DNA from: Clostridia bacterium
GTDB lineage: Bacteria; Bacillota; Clostridia; Oscillospirales; CAG-272
Assembly (NCBI GenBank): GCA_017461475.1
Contig: JAFTXX010000003.1
Span: forward strand, 43,171-107,170
Direction: 5' to 3'
DNA length: 64,000 bases
Part shown: positions 18,529-27,618 of the stretch, in pieces
Layout of the letters: each line of letters starts with the position of its first letter
How positions within the stretch are numbered: position 1 is the stretch's first letter
Notes under the pieces: generated by a model
What the model saw: only the letters and a program-made list of their open reading frames with translations
Databases searched by the model: none
What the model was told of the DNA's origin: nothing
Translations under genes and position numbers: made by a program

Positions 18529-18556
18529 GGGGTACCATCCGTAAGGATGGTACCCC
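18529..18556 (+). terminator. Strong hairpin after the 666-aa gene
   Basis: ggggtaccatcc-gtaa-ggatggtacccc. The following T-run is weak. Confidence 0.5.
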
Positions 18557-18663
18557 GGTTATATTCGCCTGCGGCGAGTGATATTGCTTTGCAGTGATAT
18601 ACGGCTTTGCCGTGTGGTATTCGGTTACGCCGAGTTTTTAGGCGAATATCACTTACAAACGAT

Positions 18664-18697
18664 AAGCAGAGCAAAACGCTCTGCTTGCTTTATTTTA
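18664..18697 (+). terminator. Rho-independent terminator
   Basis: aagcagagc-aaaac-gctctgctt followed by gctttatttt. Confidence 0.65.
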
Positions 18698-18710
18698 TAT
18701 TTCTAAAATC

Positions 18711-18739
18711 TTGAAAATTCCGCCTTAATATTATATAAT
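18711..18739 (+). promoter_or_regulatory. Sigma-A-type promoter for the sugar ABC operon
   Basis: TTGAAA, 17 nt spacer, TATAAT. Confidence 0.55.
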
Positions 18740-18780
18740 ATACTTTAATAACATTTTATCCCTGCAAAGGAAATGACAAA

Positions 18781-19872
18781 ATGAAGGTTGTATTAAAAAA
18801 TCTTACGAAAAAATTCCCGCCGATAAATAAAAAGGCGGCAGAGGGCGTTACCGCGGTCAATAATTTCACCTTTGAAATTCCCGACGGTAAACTTGTCGGA
18901 CTGCTCGGACCCTCCGGATGCGGCAAAAGCACCGCGCTTAACCTCATCTGCGGATTGCTCACTCCCACATCGGGTAAAATTTTCTTCGGTGACGACGACG
19001 TGACCGAACTTCCTCCCGAGCGCCGCGGTGTCGGACTTGTGTTCCAGAACTACGCGCTTTATCCGCACCTCACCGTAAGACAAAATATCATATTCCCGCT
19101 TGAAAATCTTAAAGGCAAGGACAAACTTACAAAGGCGCAGATGAATGAAAAAGCGCTCGAAATCGCAAAACTCGTGCAGATTGACAGTCTCATGGACCGC
19201 AAACCCGGCGAACTTTCGGGCGGTCAGCAGCAGCGAGTTGCCATTGCCCGCGCACTTGTAAAAATGCCGCGCGTTCTGCTCCTTGACGAGCCGCTTTCAA
19301 ACCTTGATGCGCGTCTTCGCCTGCAGACCCGTGAGGAAATCAGCCGCATACAGAAAGAAACGGGCATAACCACGGTTTTTGTAACGCACGACCAGGAAGA
19401 AGCAATGAGCATTTCGGACATTATCGTTGTTATGAAAGACGGCGTTGTTCAGCAGGTCGGCAAGCCGCAGGATGTGTACGACGAGCCGACAAATCTTTTT
19501 GTCGCCAAGTTCCTCGGCACTCCGCCTATCAATGTTTTTAGCGGCTGTGTCAAGGACTCAAAACTTTACATCGGCGAGGATTTTGTGCTTGACGCAAACG
19601 GCGTTTCCGACAGGGAAGTGTACGTCGGCATCCGCCCCGAGGGGTTTGTGCTTACCGAGAGCGGCAAGTTCAACTGCGAACTTTCCCGCGTTGAGGTGAT
19701 GGGGCGCGACATAAGCGTTGTCGCAACCAATGCACACTCCGAAAATCCCACCGTCCGCGCCATTATCAGCGCCGAAAACAAGCTTGACCTTGCGGCAAAG
19801 ACAGTAAGTTTTGATTTAAAGCCGAATAAAGTCTTTATCTTTGACAAAACCACCGAAGAAAGAATAAAGTAA
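18781..19872 (+). CDS. Carbohydrate ABC transporter ATP-binding protein (MsmK/UgpC/MalK type)
   Basis: [35 protein letters not shown], plus a C-terminal MalK-like regulatory/TOBE region. Confidence 0.95.
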   Translation: MKVVLKNLTKKFPPINKKAAEGVTAVNNFTFEIPDGKLVGLLGPSGCGKSTALNLICGLLTPTSGKIFFGDDDVTELPPERRGVGLVFQNYALYPHLTVRQNIIFPLENLKGKDKLTKAQMNEKALEIAKLVQIDSLMDRKPGELSGGQQQRVAIARALVKMPRVLLLDEPLSNLDARLRLQTREEISRIQKETGITTVFVTHDQEEAMSISDIIVVMKDGVVQQVGKPQDVYDEPTNLFVAKFLGTPPINVFSGCVKDSKLYIGEDFVLDANGVSDREVYVGIRPEGFVLTESGKFNCELSRVEVMGRDISVVATNAHSENPTVRAIISAENKLDLAAKTVSFDLKPNKVFIFDKTTEERIK

Positions 19873-19873
19873 A

Positions 19874-20764
19874 ATGAAAAACAACAATTTAAAAGCGTGG
19901 CTGTACCTGCTGCCTGCACTGATTTTCCTCGGCGTGTTCATGGTATACCCGCTTATTGACGTGTTTATCTACTCGTTTGAAGAGGGCTACAACTTCGCTT
20001 CGCAGTCATATTACGGTACGGGTACATATAATTACTCCTATGTCCTGCGCGACCCGTACTTTCTGCAGGCGCTCAAAAATACATTTATCCTCGTTGTTAT
20101 AACCGTTCCGCTTTCGACCTGCATTGCACTGCTCATATCCACGGGACTTGCCTCGATAAAGCGTTTGCGCAACCTTTTCCAGACGGTGTATTTTCTCCCA
20201 TATGTAACAAATACGCTCGCCGTCGGACTTGTGTTTATGATTCTGTTTAAAAAGACCGAGTATTCACCGGGACTTGTAAACGCGGTAATCGAAGCCTTCG
20301 GCGGCGTCGGAATTGACTTTATCGACGGTCCGTACTGGGCGAAAATGTTTGTGCTTTGTTTCTATACTGTCTGGGTAGTAATGCCGTTTAAGATACTCAT
20401 TCTTACAAGCGCGCTCTGCTCGGTAAAGCAGGACTATTACAACGCCGCAAAAATCGACGGCACATCGAAATTCAGAATTTTTAGAAAAATCACGCTCCCC
20501 ATGATTTCGCCCATGCTATTCTACCTTGTTATCACAGGCTTTATCGGTGCGTTCAAAGCGTATAGCGACGCTGTTGCACTGTTCGGAACCGACCTCAACA
20601 CCGCCGAGATGAACACCATTGTAGGCTATATCTACGATATGCTCTATGGCGAGGGCGGCGGCTACCCGTCTTTTGCCTCCGCCGCGGCGATAATTCTGTT
20701 TGTAATCGTGCTGACGATAACGTGTGTAAACCTCACCGTCAGCAAGAAACACGTACACTATTAA
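19874..20764 (+). CDS. Carbohydrate ABC transporter permease (MalF/UgpA-like)
   Basis: Six hydrophobic segments. EAA-type loop ..YYNAAKIDGTSKFRIFRKITLP. Confidence 0.9.
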   Translation: MKNNNLKAWLYLLPALIFLGVFMVYPLIDVFIYSFEEGYNFASQSYYGTGTYNYSYVLRDPYFLQALKNTFILVVITVPLSTCIALLISTGLASIKRLRNLFQTVYFLPYVTNTLAVGLVFMILFKKTEYSPGLVNAVIEAFGGVGIDFIDGPYWAKMFVLCFYTVWVVMPFKILILTSALCSVKQDYYNAAKIDGTSKFRIFRKITLPMISPMLFYLVITGFIGAFKAYSDAVALFGTDLNTAEMNTIVGYIYDMLYGEGGGYPSFASAAAIILFVIVLTITCVNLTVSKKHVHY

Positions 20765-20788
20765 ATTTAATGAATCCGCAAACCCGTA

Positions 20789-20808
20789 GGGGCGATTATT
20801 AATCGCCC
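20789..20808. repeat. REP-like hairpin between the two permease genes
   Basis: ggggcgattattaatcgccc, the same family as 14309/14358/24352/24401. Confidence 0.7.
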
Positions 20809-20850
20809 GTTTTACCTTACGATGTTGGTGGATTGGGATTGATTTAAACT

Positions 20851-21726
20851 ATGACTAAACAAACCGATTTTGATAAAATTGAAAAGCGCGCCAAAGCGGG
20901 GGAACTGTGTCTCAGAATTGTGACATACGCCCTCCTTGCTTTGTGGGCGACCATAGTGCTGTTTCCGTTTTACTGGATGATACTCACTTCGGTAAAGAGT
21001 TTCAGCGCGTACAACGCGGAGTACATTCCGCAGTTTTACACAACGTCTCCGACGCTTGCAAACTATACCACCGCGTTCACCGCGGTTCCGCTCGGACAGT
21101 ATTTTTTAAACACGCTCATCTTTACCGTGGCTACCACCGCGATAATGATGGCGGTGATTATCCCCGCGGCATACGCGTTTGCGAGACTTGAGTTCAAGGG
21201 GAAAAACCTTTTGTTCACCCTCTTTCTCTCGCTGATGATGATACCTAATGAACTTGTTGTAATCACCAATTATGTTACGGTAACAAACCTCGATATGCGC
21301 AACACCTTTGCAGGACTTATCCTGCCGTCGGTAATGTCGGTGTTCTATGTCTATCTTTTAAAGGAAAACTTTGCGCAGATTCCCGACCAGCTTTACTATG
21401 CCGCAAAGGTCGACGGCACAAGCGATTTCAAATACCTTTTCAAGGTAATGATACCCATGTGTAAGCCGACTGTTATCACCATAATAATTCTCAAGGTCAT
21501 CGAGTGCTGGAACTCATACGTATGGCCCCGCCTTGTCACCGACGATGAGGCGTACTACCTTGTTTCAAACGGTATACAGACCATTCGCCAGAGCGGTTTC
21601 GGACGTGAGAACATCCCTGCGATGATGGCGGCGGTTGTTGCAATCTCGCTCCCGCTTATCGTGCTGTTCCTCGTCTTCCGCAAAAAGATAATGGCGGGCG
21701 TTGTGAGAGGAGGACTCAAAGGATGA
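20851..21726 (+). CDS. Carbohydrate ABC transporter permease (MalG/UgpE-like)
   Basis: EAA loop ..LYYAAKVDGTSDFKYLFKVMIP, six TM segments. Confidence 0.9.
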   Translation: MTKQTDFDKIEKRAKAGELCLRIVTYALLALWATIVLFPFYWMILTSVKSFSAYNAEYIPQFYTTSPTLANYTTAFTAVPLGQYFLNTLIFTVATTAIMMAVIIPAAYAFARLEFKGKNLLFTLFLSLMMIPNELVVITNYVTVTNLDMRNTFAGLILPSVMSVFYVYLLKENFAQIPDQLYYAAKVDGTSDFKYLFKVMIPMCKPTVITIIILKVIECWNSYVWPRLVTDDEAYYLVSNGIQTIRQSGFGRENIPAMMAAVVAISLPLIVLFLVFRKKIMAGVVRGGLKG

Positions 21727-23321
21727 AAAAACTGCTTTGTATCTTGCTTGCACTGTGCCTATGTCTGCCCCTTTTCTCCTGCCACGGCTCAAACGAGCGC
21801 AAGAGTTTTGACATTCCCAAAGACTTTGACGAAACCCGAGAGTACAGCATAACCTTTTGGGCAAAGAACGAAAATAACGAGACCCAGCGCGCGGTTTACG
21901 AACAGGCTATTGCTGATTTTGAGCAGATTTATCCCAATATTCACGTTACGATAAAGCATTACACCGATTACGGCGCGATTTATAACGACGTTATCACCAA
22001 CATCGCCACCGATACAACGCCAAATGTCTGCATCACATACCCCGACCACGTTGCAACATACATCACGGGCGAAAACGTAGTTGTTCCGCTTGATGATTTG
22101 TTTGCCGATGAAAAATACGGTCTCGGCGGCAGTGAAGTTAAGTTTGACTCACCGCGGGGAGACGAAATGATAAGCAAGTTCCTCGACGAGGGTTACCAAA
22201 GCGGCTATTATTACTCGCTCCCGTTTATGCGTTCCACCGAGGCTTGCTATGTCAACAAAACTTACGTCGAGGCACTCGGATACACGCTCCCCGAAACCCT
22301 TACATGGGACTTCGTGTGGGAAGTTTCCGAGGCGGCAATGGAAAAAGACGCTGACGGCAACTTTGCTTTAAACGGGCAGAAAACCCTTATCCCGTTCATC
22401 TATAAGTCCACCGACAATATGATGATTCAACTGCTTAAACAAAAGGGAAGCGGCTACTCAAATCAAAACGGCGAAATTTTCATCTTTAACGATGATACCG
22501 CAGAGATTCTCCACGAAGTGTATTCCCACGCAAAGTCGCGTGCGTTTTCCACTTTTAAAATATCGAGTTACCCCGGCAACTATTTAAACCGCGGTCAGTG
22601 TATTTTCGCAATTGATTCAACCGCGGGCGCAACATGGATGGGAACCTCGGCTCCTCACCTTGACGTAGATGTCGAAAGCCTTGTTGACTTTGAACTGGAA
22701 GTAATGGCAATCCCGCAGTACGACGTGGAAAATCCGCAGATGATTTCGCAGGGGCCCTCGCTTTGCATATTTAATAAGGAAGATGAGAGCGAAGTTCTTG
22801 CGTCGTGGCTGTTTGCGCAGTTCCTGCTTACCGATGATGTACAGATGGCGTACTCCATGACCGAGGGATATACCCCCGTCACCGCAAAAGCACAAAACTG
22901 TGAGGAGTACCGCGATTACCTCTCGCACGCAGGCGAGGACAACGACGCATATTATAAGGTAAAAATAGACGCAACCAAACTCCTTATGGATAACACCGAT
23001 AACTCATTTGTTACCCCCGTATTCAACGGTTCAACTTCGCTCCGCGATACCGCGGGAGAACTTATCGAAAGCGTTGTAAAATCTGCAAGACGCGGAGAGA
23101 CAGTCGATGATGCTTACATCGAGGAACTGTACAGCGAAATGACCGCACTTCATCACTTAAACCTCGACGGCACTGACTTTGGCGGCAAAGTTCTGCTCGG
23201 TGAAATGCCCGCTGCGTCTGTTGTGCTCATTAGTGCAATATGTGCAGTTTGGCTGATACTCGCACTCAACATGATTGTTACAAAGGTAAAAAATAATAGG
23301 AAAAAATCTCCAAGATATTGA
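21723..23321 (+). CDS. Extracellular sugar-binding lipoprotein with an extra C-terminal TM helix
   Basis: Overlapping start (GGATGA). Lipobox LCLPLFSC. About 460 aa of SBP-like body. C-terminus is AASVVLISAICAVWLILALNMIV then a basic tail. Confidence 0.85.
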   Translation: MKKLLCILLALCLCLPLFSCHGSNERKSFDIPKDFDETREYSITFWAKNENNETQRAVYEQAIADFEQIYPNIHVTIKHYTDYGAIYNDVITNIATDTTPNVCITYPDHVATYITGENVVVPLDDLFADEKYGLGGSEVKFDSPRGDEMISKFLDEGYQSGYYYSLPFMRSTEACYVNKTYVEALGYTLPETLTWDFVWEVSEAAMEKDADGNFALNGQKTLIPFIYKSTDNMMIQLLKQKGSGYSNQNGEIFIFNDDTAEILHEVYSHAKSRAFSTFKISSYPGNYLNRGQCIFAIDSTAGATWMGTSAPHLDVDVESLVDFELEVMAIPQYDVENPQMISQGPSLCIFNKEDESEVLASWLFAQFLLTDDVQMAYSMTEGYTPVTAKAQNCEEYRDYLSHAGEDNDAYYKVKIDATKLLMDNTDNSFVTPVFNGSTSLRDTAGELIESVVKSARRGETVDDAYIEELYSEMTALHHLNLDGTDFGGKVLLGEMPAASVVLISAICAVWLILALNMIVTKVKNNRKKSPRY

Positions 23322-23379
23322 CTTAAAATTATTTTGATGTATAATGGTATCATCTTTTATTAAAAAAGGAGAACAAAAA

Positions 23380-24186
23380 ATGAAGAAGATTATATCCGTA
23401 CTTCTCGCGGCAATGCTTGTATTTGCATTTGCGGCATGCGGCGAGACCGAAAACGTGGCAGACACCACCGTCGAGACAACCGAGGAAGTAGTTGATACTA
23501 CCGCGGCTGATACTACCGAAGCAGTAGTTGATACTACCGCTGTTGAGACAACCGCTGACGAAGCTGTTGAAGCTCCCGCTGTTATGTCTTATGCAGAATA
23601 TGCGGCAGCAGAACTCGATACCGCAGTTACTGTTGAAGCATACGTTCAGGGTCACCAGTCCTGGTGGGACAACAAGATTACCGTTTACGCACAGGATGCT
23701 GACGGTGCTTACTTCATTTACGAGATGGCTTGCTCCGAAGAGGACGCTGCTAAACTTGTTGCAGGTACCAGAATCCTTGTAAGCGGTTACAAGGCTGAGT
23801 GGGCAGGCGAAGTTGAAATCGTCGACGCTACTTTTGAGTTCGTCACCGACGGTGAGTCCTTCGTAGCAGAGGCTATGGACGCTACCGCACTTCTCGGCAC
23901 CGAAGACCTCATCGCTCATCAGAACAAACTCGTTGCTTTCAAGGGCATGACCGTTGAAGCAGTTGAGTTCAAGAACGGCGAAGCAGGCGACGATATCTAC
24001 GTTACCCTTTCCAAGGACGGCGCTTCCTACAATTTCTGTGTAGAAGTTTACCTCACCGGTACCGATACCGAGGTTTACACAACCGTTTCCGCTCTTACCG
24101 CAGGCACCGTTGTTGACGTTGAAGGCTTCCTCTACTGGTACGAGGGCATGAACCCCCACATCACCGCAATTACCGTTGCTCAGTAA
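23380..24186 (+). CDS. Lipoprotein of unknown function
   Basis: AAGGAGAA RBS before the ATG at 23380. The signal/lipobox MKKIISVLLAAMLVFAFAACGETE is nearly identical to that of the 13201..14058 SBP. T/E/V-rich linker. Confidence 0.7.
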   Translation: MKKIISVLLAAMLVFAFAACGETENVADTTVETTEEVVDTTAADTTEAVVDTTAVETTADEAVEAPAVMSYAEYAAAELDTAVTVEAYVQGHQSWWDNKITVYAQDADGAYFIYEMACSEEDAAKLVAGTRILVSGYKAEWAGEVEIVDATFEFVTDGESFVAEAMDATALLGTEDLIAHQNKLVAFKGMTVEAVEFKNGEAGDDIYVTLSKDGASYNFCVEVYLTGTDTEVYTTVSALTAGTVVDVEGFLYWYEGMNPHITAITVAQ

Positions 24187-24202
24187 GTCAGTTTAACAAA
24201 AC

Positions 24203-24234
24203 AAAAACCTTGCGAAAGCAAGGTTTTTGTTTTA
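24203..24234 (+). terminator. Rho-independent terminator
   Basis: aaaaaccttgc-gaaa-gcaaggttttt followed by gtttt. Confidence 0.8.
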
Positions 24235-24351
24235 TGTGGGGTAAGAATTATTGTTTAGCGAAGTGACCGTGAATTGTAGGGGACGACGTCCTCGACGTCC
24301 CTAAAGGTAAAATATTTAATCGGCGCATATGGCTGTTATCAAACCAACGTA

Positions 24352-24420
24352 GGGGCGATTAGTAATCGCCCGAAAAGCAAGGATTAGATGTCGTACAAAC
24401 GGGCGATTGATAATCGCCCC
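24352..24420. repeat. Pair of inverted REP-like hairpins
   Basis: ggggcgattagtaatcgccc (24352..24371) and gggcgattgataatcgcccc (24401..24420). A related hairpin gggacg..cgtccc lies at ~24279..24300. Confidence 0.75.
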
Positions 24421-24526
24421 TACGAGGTTGGTGCGTCACCGTTACTTCGCTAACCATTCATTTACTTTGTCATTCCCCCACAAAAATAGCAGGACACTGA
24501 CATGTCCTGCTGTTTTTGTATCATTA

Positions 24527-25210
24527 TCATGTAACGTGCCTATGGGTAAACTTTTCTTTCCACCACTTGCCGTAGACAATTGCTTCCGCGAGGATGCACA
24601 CAGGGATAGCGGCGAAGAAATCGACAGCGGAATGTTGTTTTATAAACATCGTTGAAAGGCAAATCATTATAACGGCGAAGACCACAAACGCTTTCCACCA
24701 CTTTGACACGCCTTTTTCTCTCAGCCACACCGACGCAATTCCTATCGAATACGCCACATGCAGCGAGGGGCAAACGCCCGTGCTTGTGTCAAACGAGTAA
24801 AGCAGATTTACCACGAAGGTGAAAACATTCTCCCTCGCAAATTCGTCGGGGCGAAGGTTCTGGCAACTCGGGTAAATGATGTACACCGCCATCGCCACCA
24901 CTTGCGTGATGATGATGTATGTCTGCAGTTTCTTGAAACTTTCGACATTGTAAAACATGAAGTATCCGAGCGAAATTACGATAAGCACATACCAGAATAC
25001 ATACCACACGACAAATCCCTCGCAAAAGGGAATGAGGTCGTCTAAAAATGAGTGTATTACATGGCATTTTTCGCGCGGAATAAGGTTTTCTGTGAGAAAG
25101 TACATCACAAAATATCCCGGCCAGCCAAGCAACAGTAGCAGGTGTGAAAACTTAGGGTCACGCAGTTTTGACAGTTTAAATCCGCTGTAGTCAACAGTCG
25201 GTTTTCTCAT
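24527..25210 (-). CDS. PAP2-superfamily membrane protein (phosphatase / sphingomyelin-synthase-like PAP2_C)
   Basis: Multi-TM with CPSLHVAYS and KQHSAVD motifs (SxH ... HxxxD pattern). Likely start is the ATG at 25210, overlapping the upstream gene by 20 nt. Confidence 0.65.
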   Translation of the reverse strand: MRKPTVDYSGFKLSKLRDPKFSHLLLLLGWPGYFVMYFLTENLIPREKCHVIHSFLDDLIPFCEGFVVWYVFWYVLIVISLGYFMFYNVESFKKLQTYIIITQVVAMAVYIIYPSCQNLRPDEFARENVFTFVVNLLYSFDTSTGVCPSLHVAYSIGIASVWLREKGVSKWWKAFVVFAVIMICLSTMFIKQHSAVDFFAAIPVCILAEAIVYGKWWKEKFTHRHVT

Positions 25211-25973
25211 CGCGAGCCACCTCCTGCTTGTTTGACGGATAGTATTTTTTAGGAATGTTTCTGTAGGGAATAACCGTATGCTCGGGCAGTGCGCGAGCAA
25301 TCTCGGTTATCTCACGCATAAGGTGCTTGCAAATACGGTGGCGCTCTTCCTCAATGGGTGCGTCATGGCAAAAACGGATAGGCTCTCCGAGATACATCTT
25401 TTTCAGTTTCGGCGCTATGTACATCGGCACAAACAAGAGTTCATTGCCGCTTCGCTTGTAGTAGAGCTTTGCAATGTCGATAAACTTTTCCTCAAACTCA
25501 TAGATGATGTTATTGTACTTCACATCATGCTCGGGGAAAATCACGATGTCCGCGCCCTCGTTCAATCTTTCAAGCGTTGAGCGAAAGGTGGAAATTATGC
25601 GCGAGTCGCGGTATACCGCAACGGTGTTCGCGTTGTTGAAAATAACTACCGAAAGCGGTGCGATGAGATAGGACAGCACCTTGTAAAACGGCTGCGTGTA
25701 CTTTGACTTCTGTGACCAGAAATCCTCAAACGCGTATGCGGGAACCTCTTTGAGGTTCATCATTTCGCCGCGACACCATGTGTATCTGTGACGGGGTGAG
25801 TAAAGTTCGCACGCAATGGGACCGTTAAGTTGCGTGTGGTTTCCCACAATTATAACTGGTTCATCGGGCAGCTTATCCGCACCGACAACTTCCATTTTTG
25901 GATAGAAAACCTTAAGCAGCGCCTTTATAACTTTAAAAAGCGGATAGTCTTTTCTTCTTTTTTCTTCCTTCAT
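25191..25973 (-). CDS. Lysophospholipid/1-acyl-glycerol-3-phosphate acyltransferase-like protein
   Basis: VIIVGNHTQLNGP (NHxxxxD-like block) and IFPEH (the FPEG-like block) at typical spacing. 260 aa. Confidence 0.6.
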   Translation of the reverse strand: MKEEKRRKDYPLFKVIKALLKVFYPKMEVVGADKLPDEPVIIVGNHTQLNGPIACELYSPRHRYTWCRGEMMNLKEVPAYAFEDFWSQKSKYTQPFYKVLSYLIAPLSVVIFNNANTVAVYRDSRIISTFRSTLERLNEGADIVIFPEHDVKYNNIIYEFEEKFIDIAKLYYKRSGNELLFVPMYIAPKLKKMYLGEPIRFCHDAPIEEERHRICKHLMREITEIARALPEHTVIPYRNIPKKYYPSNKQEVARDEKTDC

Positions 25974-26368
25974 TCTTTACGCTCCTTTGCGGTATCAATG
26001 CTGCTGCCGAAAACCACAAAACGGTCGTAAATATATTCTGTAACAAAGTTTGTGACCATCGTAATTGCTAAAACCAGATATTCGTTCCACAAAAATCCCT
26101 CACCCGTCAGCACTGCTGTCCACCATGTAGACAGAGGGGTGAAAACAAGGTAAAAAGCGGCAACTTTCAGCATTGCCACGGGGACATTGTTTGCCGAGCA
26201 GAACGTAAATTTGCGGTTGAGCGTAAAGTTCCACAGCACCGATAAAATAAGTGCTATAAGATATGAAACCCACGGTACAAAATGAAAAACTTCAAGCATC
26301 AGCGCGTCAGCGCCTATCTGAATAAGTCCCGCACTTGCCGAGAATAAAACAAATTTCAATGTGCGCAT
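25970..26368 (-). CDS. GtrA-family membrane protein
   Basis: ~130 aa, four TM segments. MRTLKFVLFSASAGLIQIG... and NRKFTF are typical of GtrA-like proteins. The stop overlaps the next gene's start. Confidence 0.7.
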   Translation of the reverse strand: MRTLKFVLFSASAGLIQIGADALMLEVFHFVPWVSYLIALILSVLWNFTLNRKFTFCSANNVPVAMLKVAAFYLVFTPLSTWWTAVLTGEGFLWNEYLVLAITMVTNFVTEYIYDRFVVFGSSIDTAKERKE

Positions 26369-26496
26369 CAATTCTTTATTTTTCAAAAAAACACCTCGTT
26401 TCAATAACAAGATTATATCATAATATGTCGCCGAGTGCAATAAAAAGTATGTCTTTTTAACTTTCTGTTATAAGAATTTTAAAATTCATAGCGCAA

Positions 26497-26536
26497 TAAG
26501 AAAAGACTGCTTCAAAATGAAGCAGTCTTTTCTTGA
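26497..26536 (-). terminator. Rho-independent terminator (minus strand)
   Basis: 13-bp stem aaaagactgcttc/gaagcagtctttt with flanking T-run on the minus strand. Confidence 0.75.
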
Positions 26537-26543
26537 TATGTAA

Positions 26544-27005
26544 TTAGTTTTGTTCGTTGTTTTCCTTTTTGCCGAGCTTGTTGTTGATTTGAATAACATT
26601 TTTAACCAAAAGAACAAACATCAATATGGTTTCGTAAACAAGGCGAAGAGCGATAGGACCGAGGATAAGAAGCAGGAGCCCATGTCCGCCGTGCCACTCA
26701 ACCTGTATGCCGCCCCAGCTGCCGTAGTCGTAAACGGTAAATGAAAGCAGGGAGAATACTCCTACGCAAACAAACGCTACGGTAAACAGAACGTATAAGA
26801 ATTTCAAAATCTTTTCAATGAAAAGTGTCTTGAAATTGAAAATGTCGTGTGCTATCTGACCAATCTTAGGCAGATTTTCTCTGCGCTTCTCGGGAATCAC
26901 AAAGATATAAAGCAGGACAACGGCTGCGATTGCCGCGATTGCCGCGATGACAAGCATGGCGATAGAAGTGTCAAATGTTGCGTAATTGCTCATATAATTA
27001 CTCAT
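26544..27005 (-). CDS. Small integral membrane protein, function unknown
   Basis: GGAGG RBS 8 nt before the ATG at 27005 (MSNYMSNY..). Three to four hydrophobic segments. Confidence 0.65.
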   Translation of the reverse strand: MSNYMSNYATFDTSIAMLVIAAIAAIAAVVLLYIFVIPEKRRENLPKIGQIAHDIFNFKTLFIEKILKFLYVLFTVAFVCVGVFSLLSFTVYDYGSWGGIQVEWHGGHGLLLLILGPIALRLVYETILMFVLLVKNVIQINNKLGKKENNEQN

Positions 27006-27161
27006 AGAAGATGCCTCCTTCAAAGATTTACTTTATTTTACCACATATCCATAAAAATGTCAATAAATACATAAAAATCTGCTCGCCAATCGGGCAATAT
27101 CCGGGGATATCAGAAATTAAAATACTTTGAAAACTTTTAAGTAAAGAGTTTATTTTTTGAA

Positions 27162-27190
27162 TTGACTTTACGATCGAATTGCGTTACACT
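27162..27190 (+). promoter_or_regulatory. Sigma-A-type promoter upstream of the riboswitch
   Basis: TTGACT, 17 nt spacer, TACACT. Confidence 0.5.
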
Positions 27191-27204
27191 ACTAAATGAA
27201 CTTA

Positions 27205-27415
27205 ATATTCACACAGAGTGTCGGGTAAGCCGCAAAGGCTCGCTCGGTGAAAAGGGAACGTGGTGCGAATCCACGACGATACCAGTCGCTGTATACATCC
27301 GAATGTTTTTGTGCTCGTCGGCGAAAGCCGGTCATTGGGAAACTGAGAAGGCAGAGTATGAAAACGCGGGGCAATGCGCCCTATAGGATGTGAGTCAAAA
27401 GACCTGCTCTGATGT
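27205..27415 (+). promoter_or_regulatory. Cobalamin (B12) riboswitch aptamer
   Basis: Core ggtgaaaagggaacgtggtgcgaatccacg...cagtcgctgta, then gccggtcattgggaaactgagaaggc, and a B12-box-like gagtcaaaagacctgct. The 5' cagag and 3' ctctg can close P1. Confidence 0.8.
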
Positions 27416-27525
27416 TGCTCCGTCCGTGTGTTTTACATAGGAGCAATAGTTTTGTTTGGCACTATCATGGCTTTTGATAGGCTTTGTTGCGTTGCCTTGC
27501 AAAATGTGTAAGACACAGAAAAACT

Positions 27526-27568
27526 CTGCTGTGGTAATTTTTAAAAATTACCGCAGCTTTTTTGTTTG
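27526..27568 (+). terminator. Intrinsic terminator (riboswitch expression platform)
   Basis: gctgtggtaattttt / aaaaattaccgcagc stem (one G-U pair) followed by ttttttg, 50 nt before the ATG at 27619. Confidence 0.75.
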
Positions 27569-27618
27569 TCTTTTGTGACTGTTTTGGTTCAAATTCAATT
27601 TTTCAAAGGAGAATTACA

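Noticed and set aside
18557-18663. Degenerate GTGATAT(T)/ATATTCGCC repeats between two hairpins after the 666-aa gene; considered as a possible ncRNA or riboswitch
   Set aside because: There are only short imperfect repeats, with no recognisable riboswitch/T-box core and no downstream gene before the next terminator and promoter. It is probably another junk-repeat family, but I cannot show that from one window.
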